DNA from: Oopsacas minuta
Taxonomy: Eukaryota; Animalia; Porifera
Direction of reading: 5' to 3'
Length of the DNA: 12,040 bases
Assembly: GCA_024704765.1 (NCBI GenBank)
Contig: JAKMXF010000196.1
Location: 1 to 12,040, forward strand
The translations under genes were made by a program, and so were the position numbers. Below the pieces are notes generated by a model. That model was given only the letters and a program-made list of their open reading frames with translations, was not told the origin of the DNA and made no database searches. Below, in pieces: positions 1-7,076 of the stretch. Every line of letters begins with the position of its first letter. Within the stretch, counting starts at the first letter, position 1.

Positions 1-343
1 GGCTCTTGCTGACACTAAACCTGTCTACTAGGGTCACAACATCTATATACGGCAACTTCATTTTCTAACGTCCATACATAAAGTTTACCTTTGACAAGTC
101 CCTTGTGTGATGGCCATTATCAACTACTGCCCTGTATTATCTTATAAAATAGTCACTTGTCTCAATGGTAAACTTTTCTAGACAACTGGCGCTGGCACGA
201 ACCTCAAATTACTACCACGTATTTCCAAAAATGAATTATTGTCGTTGAAGAACAACCTCAGAATGTGTGTAAAATATACTAAAAATGCCCAATTAAAGTC
301 ATAAGCGACTCCACTCTCATGAAAGTTTTTTTCGGGCCAACGA

Positions 344-447
344 TCTATATTACTAAATCTCAATTGTTGTTTGTTTGTTTGTTTGTCCGTTGGATACCTC
401 GAGGCACAATGCGCCGAGTTCATCGCGAAGCGACGAGCCTTTGCTCG
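344..447 (+). mobile_element. Tiny non-autonomous Helitron-like element (104 bp)
   Basis: Starts with TC (A|TCTATATTACTAAA), contains a (GTTT)n tract, has a TCGC-GAA-GCGA hairpin (423-433) 14 nt before the end, and ends CTCG|T (one mismatch from CTAG). The paralogous empty site near 9063 shows insertion between A and T with no target duplication. Confidence 0.72.
366..386. repeat. (GTTT)n microsatellite inside the Helitron-like element
   Basis: gttgtttgtttgtttgtttgt read directly. Confidence 0.85.
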
Positions 448-935
448 TATTTCCTCTAATGAGCTGTACGACAAATTAGGTACATAAGGCCTCACAAATG
501 ATTATGAATTTTGGACCAGGGATGCACGACCTAACCAAAGTGAAATTAACAAATATGTTGCCTACTAGTTATAATCATCATAACTCGGTATAATAAAGTA
601 TTCTAGGGTATATATTCTTTACCCTACAGACATTTGTCTTATTTCATACATTTCCCTAATGAAATACGTGAAAGTACCAATCCATGCATCTTGGGTAAAG
701 GATTCACATCATATTCCTCTAGCTGACGAATTATCCATTCTACTCCTCGCCTAAATAACATGTATCATAAAACTAAAAAATACAATACGTACATCGTGTT
801 CTAAGTATAACTACAGGGGAACCTCGTAAATACATAAATATGGCAAGGGTAATACTATTTACCCGATTATATGTACAAATGATCAAACTAAATCAAGTCT
901 CTATAACGGTTATCTAATTGGTATTACTGTTAATA

Positions 936-983
936 CGAACTCTGGTTTAAAGCAAATAATATTTTTGCTTTAACCAGAGTTCG
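936..983. repeat. Near-perfect 20-bp stem-loop
   Basis: CGAACTCTGGTT(T)AAAGCAAA, loop TAATATT, then TTTGCTTTAACCAGAGTTCG: 20 pairs with one bulged T. Confidence 0.9.
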
Positions 984-1217
984 GATTGTGGAGATCGCCA
1001 TAGTTTTCATAAAACATTTGAGCACTCGGAAATCTCCGTCAGCCCAGACCAGGAGTTTACTCAGAGTCCAGGACCTACCTAGAAACTACCATCTATGGAT
1101 ATTACAAGATATTTTGATTTACTAGTAGTACTTCAGTAATACTCAAGCGATAAACATATTTTCACCTTCAAGCAGGATTAGCTCTCCATGACTCAAATAA
1201 TCTATTCATTGTTAGTT

Positions 1218-1941
1218 CAGGGCTGGATTTTCCTGGTTCACTGCCCTGACTTATGGCGTCCGCGTGACTCAATATGTGAATAACCTCTTAGAATTCCACT
1301 GCAATAGTGCTTACATTCAATTACAATCATACGGATTGAAATTCCCAAGGCAACCCTTATGATAGCCGTGGGAACGGAATCTCAATTCCCATTCTGATTC
1401 CTTTCTGACCGCACCCCTGCTACAGCTCCATCAGCCCCCGGCTTAATCTGGCCCTGGCTCATAGGCATAAAGTTTGTCATTGTGGGGAGAGCCCCACACT
1501 TTTCTCTCCGTACTGTAGATGTAAAGCTGGAAATCTACCAAAAACTGAGGCTTGTTTTCGTGCTTTTTCTACTGAGCATCAAGAACTGATGGCCAATCAT
1601 AAATTCCATCCTGAGTCATGCATTGACATGTTATGCCATCTCTATATATACATTAATCAGGGGCAAGAAACCGAGTACTGCTGGTTTCAGAGTGGTCCGA
1701 CGTCGCTGTACCACCTTTAAGTATTGCAAGCTCTACTATAGCTATACCACATCTATCGGTTCGAAATATACAAATCGTTAATAATTTTGTATGGCATTTA
1801 TAATGCCGTAACATTGCAATCAGTGCTGAGACCCCAAGTTACCCCCCAGTCGCCGGCCCTGTATGGGCCTACCCCAAAAATTGATATAAAAATTTTAAGT
1901 ATCCAAGCCCCTCCTGATACTACGCTCTGGCTACGGCCCTG
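1218..1941. mobile_element. Cluster of orphan hAT-like terminal sequences (MITE debris)
   Basis: CAGGGCTGGATTTT at 1218. Ends whose reverse complements read CAGGGGTGCG (1419), CAGGGCCAGATTAAG (1456), CAGGGCCGGCG (1861) and CAGGGCCGTAGCCAG (1941). CAGGG starts are typical of hAT TIRs. No matching 8-bp TSD pair found. Confidence 0.5.
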
Positions 1942-2527
1942 CATGGATCCCTGTTAAACCTAAGAGCACCCAATCATTCATTTCTGTTTCAGGCTGTGAT
2001 GTAGAAAGCGGTGTTATATTGGTTCCAAATGTAGAGAGGTGAAAATCAATTGATGACATTCAAGTTCGTTCAATGAAGATAAGGCTTGATCAGACTGGGA
2101 TACTTACTTCCAGGACCGCAATAGTCGACTTACTATACAGTAATAATGTATTTTATAAGCCTAATCTAAAATTAAATGCGCAAAACCCTAATACTAGTTA
2201 TTCGCAATAATGGCACACTATGTCAGTATATTAATTGAGTCTTTTTAAAAGTGGCAGTATCATAATATTAGTACAGAAGGTAAAAGGAATTTCTAGAATT
2301 TACTCCAAACAGTCATAGACATGTGTCCAATAGGGGGGCGAAATCGTTGGCGTTTAAAGTTCGTTAGTCCTCAAAGATGTGCTTAACAGTCCAACGAATT
2401 TATCCCATATTTCTTGGCTTCGCTTTCCCTTACATTGGAAATGAAAATATTTTTACAACAAAATAAATAATGAATAATAAGTATTTGTGGAATATAGTTA
2501 GAATTGTTAGTTTCTAATGTATAAGTA

Positions 2528-3730
2528 TTAAATGAATGGTAATTTGGTGAGTGTAGATACTATATACATTGTTTGTATTGAAATCTGTCTGCCAGGTTAA
2601 AAGTTCCTATCTAACATCAGACTATTCGCAAAAGTCAGTATACGAGCAAAATCTTCGTTACCAGCAGTTTCATAAGCCTCTGAGAATGCATTTACGGACC
2701 AAGACCCCTTGCTGGTTTCTCTATACGCCTCATAATCCGGAACACACGAGTACGCCACCAGGAAGTCACTCTCTTTCATCGCAGCTGGGTAGGTAACAAA
2801 ATTTTCTGGGGTGGAGTCTGTCTCAACTTGGTCTCTTGATTTACCCCTGCAGGCCTCAATCAATGAAACTTTTGGTTTGGAAATCAATTCTGGTATTTGT
2901 AGCATCGCGATTATCTCACTTACTGAAACATATTTGTAATCTTCACATAATATTTTATCACCTTCAAGACCATGACTTGAAATTGCTATGAAAATACTTG
3001 ACAATTCCTTATGTGTATCTATTGCTTGCTTTACGTTAGTCAAATAGTCTAGCCGTGTAGCGTTTGCTATTGATATTATACATAGTTGCATTTTGTTGAA
3101 TAAATTATGGAATGTTATCGATCATTTCTTGCACTATTTCTAAGTTGGCCGTTAGCAAATTTTTCGTCACAAGAATTGTGCCAAGTCCTTTGTAATTCAA
3201 CCTTTCGGAAAACTTATACTTCGGGATTTTGCTCGTAACTTTTATGAGAGATTCAGATACCAGCGGTGTAGGGGGTTGAGTAATACCCAGATTCATTACA
3301 CACTGTATTTGTAAGACGCGTAACTTGCATAGCTCGATAAATGAGAATTTGTGGATTTCTTTCATATCTTCAGGCCTAATAAGGGTTACGACACGAATGG
3401 TTTCGACGCCTAGTTCAATGAATAGATTGATTCTAGGCTCGAATTTGTTTTCTTTGAAAATATCTCGCCATGTTCGTTGCTTGAAATCATTTATATAATT
3501 TAAAATTTCTGAATTTGTGATTTGTAATTTCCTCTCTAGATGAGAAATCTTAGTCTCACATTCCATATTTTTCTCAGCTAGATCCAAATTCTTTGACTCC
3601 AATTTTGGAATAGAGCTTCAATTCTCTCAAAAGTATCTCCGAATTCTTGACCCACCAATTCTGCAATGAATTTGGACAAATCTTTTATTGACGCTTGTTG
3701 AGGCTTGAATCCTAAATCATTTAAAGTCAT
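2528..3730 (-). pseudogene. Caspase-family (peptidase C14A) gene with N-terminal coiled coil and SAM-like domain; two frameshifts and one premature stop
   Basis: ORF 2597-3091 has IFIAISSHG (His, 2972-2974), KPKVSLIEACRG (Cys, 2849-2851), DFLVAYS, AYRE and GSW. ORF 3105-3602 ends with the p20 start YKF..KGLGTILV and joins ITFHNLFNKM by a +1 shift near 3120. TAA at 2597-2599 is followed in frame by PGRQISIQTMYIVSTLTKLPFI* (typical caspase STLTK tail). An upstream frame from ATG 3730 (MTLNDLGFKPQQASIKDLSKFIAELVG...) joins by a 1-nt deletion in the T-run at 3603-3606. Confidence 0.9.
3303..3473 (-). other. Putative SAM (sterile alpha motif)-like domain within the caspase gene
   Basis: TWRDIFKENKFEPRINLFIELGVETIRVVTLIRPEDMKEIHKFSFIELCKLRVLQIQ follows the SAM pattern W(L)..+.L..Y...F...G+D....L..L..EDL..+GI...G...KL by eye. 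Not confirmed by HMM. Confidence 0.5.
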
Positions 3731-3770
3731 TTTATATTATTTAAAATCATTTTACATCATTCTAAATCAT
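3711..3770. repeat. 10-bp minisatellite, 6 degenerate copies, overlapping the caspase start codon
   Basis: cctaaatcat/ttaaagtcat/tttatattat/ttaaaatcat/tttacatcat/tctaaatcat. Confidence 0.8.
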
Positions 3771-4019
3771 TGAATATTTTTTGTTTCATTTTATATAATT
3801 TCATCATTTTTTGCTTATATTCGCAGATGAGCATCTTCGAAACAAGCTAATTATTTAACACTAGCGCCCTTCGCTTGCTAGGTCGCTGTGCAGTGCGGCT
3901 AACCATGTGATTTTTCAAAAATCCAAAAAGGTGGCAATGGCATCATAATTTCGTCAGGTGTGAATTTTCGTCAAGACTCAAACCTGTCCGAGTCAGGCCT
4001 AAATACCCCTCCCTGCATG

Positions 4020-4035
4020 GCAGAAATCAGCCCTG
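4020..4035 (-). mobile_element. Orphan hAT-like TIR end
   Basis: GAAATCAGCCCTG (reverse complement CAGGGCTGATTTC) resembles CAGGGCTGGATTTT at 1218. The 8-bp flanks differ (tgttagtt vs gggtgtac). Confidence 0.4.
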
Positions 4036-4050
4036 GGGTGTACACTAAAG

Positions 4051-4052
<2 letters not shown>

Positions 4053-4101
<49 letters not shown>
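4053..4101. repeat. (TTA)n microsatellite, about 16 units
   Basis: Uninterrupted TTA run read directly. Confidence 0.97.
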
Positions 4102-4102
<1 letters not shown>

Positions 4103-4170
4103 TATCATTATTATTTAAATTGTACAATAATTCAGATTATAGAGAGGAAGTGAATATTAGTTTTCCCATA

Positions 4171-4673
4171 TCCGGGTGATTCAAAAAACATGCAACCCAA
4201 AAGTAAATATTTGCAGTGAAGACAATTCTTAATCAAACTCAATCAAACTCAGAACATACGTAAAATATCTATATTTTTAGTACATATTAAAAATTCAGCG
4301 TACTACAGTCAATATTTTATGAATTAGAGCAAATGTTCCAAATGACCTCATTTGAGTTCTGTACATTTCTTGAGTCGTACCACCAAGTTGTTCATGACAT
4401 TTTTGCATACAGTGGTCGGAATCTTTCTAATTTCTTCTCTGATGTTTTCCTTCAACTCGCTGATGGTTCTAGGCTTAGTAGAATAAACTCGGTCTTTAAA
4501 ATAGCCCCACAAGTAGAAGTCAGGAGGGTTTAAGTCGGGGCTATAGGAGGCCCACTCAAAATTCGTCTTGAGACTGATGACTCTTGCTCCAAAGTGTTCT
4601 TTGAGCCAGTCCCTGGAAAAATTTGAGGTGTGTGAGCTCGCTCCATCTTGTTGGAACCAAATGTGATTCAGAA
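4171..4673 (-). mobile_element. 3' part of a Tc1/mariner DD41D (rosa-type) transposon, truncated by the gap
   Basis: Candidate TIR TA|TCCGGGTGATTCAAAAAACATG at 4169-4192, followed by the transposase C-terminus at 4324-4673. Confidence 0.8.
4324..4673 (-). pseudogene. DD41D Tc1/mariner transposase, C-terminal 116 codons (missed by the ORF track)
   Basis: Manual translation: LNHIWFQQDGASSHTSNFSRDWLKEHFGARVISLKTNFEWASYSPDLNPPDFYLWGYFKDRVYSTKPRTISELKENIREEIRKIPTTVCKNVMNNLVVRLKKCTELK*GHLEHLL*. There are 41 residues between the QQD Asp and the PPD Asp. In-frame TGA at 4348-4350 replaces the usual Gly of GGH.EH. Confidence 0.92.
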
Positions 4674-5462
4674 NNNNNNNNNNNNNNNNNNNNNNNNNNN
4701 NNNNNNNNNNNNNNNNNNNNNNNNNNNNNNNNNNNNNNNNNNNNNNNNNNNNNNNNNNNNNNNNNNNNNNNNNNNNNNNNNNNNNNNNNNNNNNNNNNNN
4801 NNNNNNNNNNNNNNNNNNNNNNNNNNNNNNNNNNNNNNNNNNNNNNNNNNNNNNNNNNNNNNNNNNNNNNNNNNNNNNNNNNNNNNNNNNNNNNNNNNNN
4901 NNNNNNNNNNNNNNNNNNNNNNNNNNNNNNNNNNNNNNNNNNNNNNNNNNNNNNNNNNNNNNNNNNNNNNNNNNNNNNNNNNNNNNNNNNNNNNNNNNNN
5001 NNNNNNNNNNNNNNNNNNNNNNNNNNNNNNNNNNNNNNNNNNNNNNNNNNNNNNNNNNNNNNNNNNNNNNNNNNNNNNNNNNNNNNNNNNNNNNNNNNNN
5101 NNNNNNNNNNNNNNNNNNNNNNNNNNNNNNNNNNNNNNNNNNNNNNNNNNNNNNNNNNNNNNNNNNNNNNNNNNNNNNNNNNNNNNNNNNNNNNNNNNNN
5201 NNNNNNNNNNNNNNNNNNNNNNNNNNNNNNNNNNNNNNNNNNNNNNNNNNNNNNNNNNNNNNNNNNNNNNNNNNNNNNNNNNNNNNNNNNNNNNNNNNNN
5301 NNNNNNNNNNNNNNNNNNNNNNNNNNNNNNNNNNNNNNNNNNNNNNNNNNNNNNNNNNNNNNNNNNNNNNNNNNNNNNNNNNNNNNNNNNNNNNNNNNNN
5401 NNNNNNNNNNNNNNNNNNNNNNNNNNNNNNNNNNNNNNNNNNNNNNNNNNNNNNNNNNNNNN
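4674..5462. other. Assembly gap (789 N)
   Basis: Run of N. ORFs spanning it are artefacts. Confidence 1.
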
Positions 5463-6109
5463 CAAGTCTCTACGTATATTTTGAGATCTCAACTATTTGT
5501 TTACTTTATATTCATAAATACAACAATAAATTTGCATATGAGAAACTTGACAATTCGTTGAAATTCGGATTCAATTTACCTGATTACCCCAATGTAATTG
5601 TTTGCTTTCTTATATCGTCAACAGAAGGATAGAATTGTGTAAACTTTAGACCACAAATCTATATAAATACTGATAAAATTCAGTGACATTTCAATTGTCA
5701 AAGTCTATAATCCAGGGATTCTTAGAAATGTCCAAAAATGCCAATCTCAGCCTCCAAGAATCTGCGTTGGTCTCTCTCACTACGGAAATAGTTCAACGCA
5801 TGCACATCAGATGGGCATTTTGCGGAATAAATCCACCTGTATTTGACCCAACTGACTTGTATGTCATTGTCCTTGGCTCGCTTCACTCGTGGACAGGGCA
5901 GCAAAGAAGTCGCCTTTGTCGCCGCCTCGCTTATCGCTGTTGTATAGCTAATCGGCGTGCGACCTCCTCGTGCTGTTATTCTCCCTGGGCACGTCTTCGA
6001 GAATCTTCTCTAAGGCCTTCCGATCCCAGTTGTCTTAGCGAGAGTTAGTTAATTTTGTTGGTGGTCTATTGTGTAACTTATAGGGCAGGGACACCTGGAT
6101 ATCGGCCTT

Positions 6110-6600
6110 TTGGAGAGAAATTTGGCTGAAATTTCGGTTTGTAAAATTTACAAAACGGGGAGTTTGGAATTTTATCAATCATCCTATGTCAATGGTCTTG
6201 CCAAGCATTATTTCATTGTTTGCGACCACTGTCGACATTTTCCGACTTTTACTCATTCCCTAAGTCCCCTTCCAGTGATTGCGACTATAAAATAATGTTT
6301 GAGCTTAAAGCTACCGTGAAATTTAGATATTGAATGAATACATATTATATACAACACTGAAGTACGTATTGCTTAACAAACAAATATTTAAGGGAACGGG
6401 TACTTCTAAACGATCAGAAGAATATATTCCCTGCCCTGAGGCCAGCTCCTATGAATCTTAATGTTGTGAAGAAGATAAATAGGCGATATACCTTTTCCTC
6501 TTCTCCTATTCTTCCCCGACTCTCTTATCGTCCGCCAGAGGTTTTCCAACCTCATCACACCCCATTTCCTATTTATGGACCTTCCCAAAAGCTGCTTTCA
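6110..6600 (+). pseudogene. Possible Mutator-like transposase N-terminal relic
   Basis: LAEISVCKI(Y)KTGSLEFYQSSYVNGLAKHYFIVCDHC resembles the C..C...L....GLA...+.C..C motif of Mutator-like transposases. A downstream frame gives FLFMDLPKS (compare F..MDLP). Recalled motif only; several stops. Confidence 0.3.
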
Positions 6601-7076
6601 ATGAAAACTAGCAAAAGGTATAAGCACCAATGGCGAAAATTTTCCATCCGAAGAAAACTTCTAAGACCAGGCAGACTATTGATACAAACATACAATAGAC
6701 CAGTACCTCTTCCTAAAAGAAGGAAATCTTTAACTCGTAAAAATTTGTATTCATTATCTACAATTTTCTCTTTCTATTTCTTCTTTTGTCATTTATCTTC
6801 AAAGATGGTAGTATGAAGAGCTTAAGGTAAGCTTGACAGAAACTTGATCGTAGCCTCGTTGGGAAATTTGAGAAGAAAAGCTAATATAATGTTATTTATA
6901 CGATGTCTTGCTACAGGTAACCTGTCAATATAACCCTACTCATAAGCAATGGTGACCAAAGGGTTCCAAAACCTGGGTATTTTGTGGACATACATTGATA
7001 AAACAAGTAAAAAATTTGTATTGGCTAGGTGATTACATAATAGAACAGGGCAAGTGTACAATGCCCACCCTACCAA

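Larger units (their letters stand above)
211..481 (+). repeat. Dispersed repeat copy A, inverted relative to 9031-9197 and interrupted by the 344-447 insertion
   Basis: ACTACCACGTATTTCCAAAA...GAAGAACAACCTCAGAATGTGTG...GCGACTCCACT...TTCGGGCCA (211-339) and TATTTCCTCTAATGAGCTGTACGACAAATTAGGT (448-481) align to the reverse complement of 9031-9197, roughly 80-85% identical by eye. Confidence 0.9.

Noticed and set aside
456-460. CTAA|T as the Helitron 3' end
   Set aside because: The empty-site alignment shows 448 onward is host sequence, so the element ends at 447.
178-495. 105-aa minus-strand ORF
   Set aside because: It crosses the Helitron-like insertion and its microsatellite (TDKQTNKQ), and the empty-site paralog shows the frame is a chance composite.
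2569-2796. 75-aa plus-strand ORF
   Set aside because: Antisense shadow of the caspase p10 region.
3091-3125. Possible intron between the two caspase ORFs
   Set aside because: The caspase alignment needs nearly all of this sequence as coding, leaving no room for an intron; a small indel explains it.
1218-4035. A single hAT element capturing the caspase gene (CAGGGCTGGATTTT ... GAAATCAGCCCTG)
   Set aside because: The ends are similar, but the 8-bp flanks do not match (tgttagtt vs gggtgtac) and many other orphan ends lie between them; unsupported, though not excluded.
4333-4533. 66-aa plus-strand ORF
   Set aside because: Antisense to the DD41D transposase.
4623-5561. Three long ORFs of 274-312 aa
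   Set aside because: Artefacts of translating through N.
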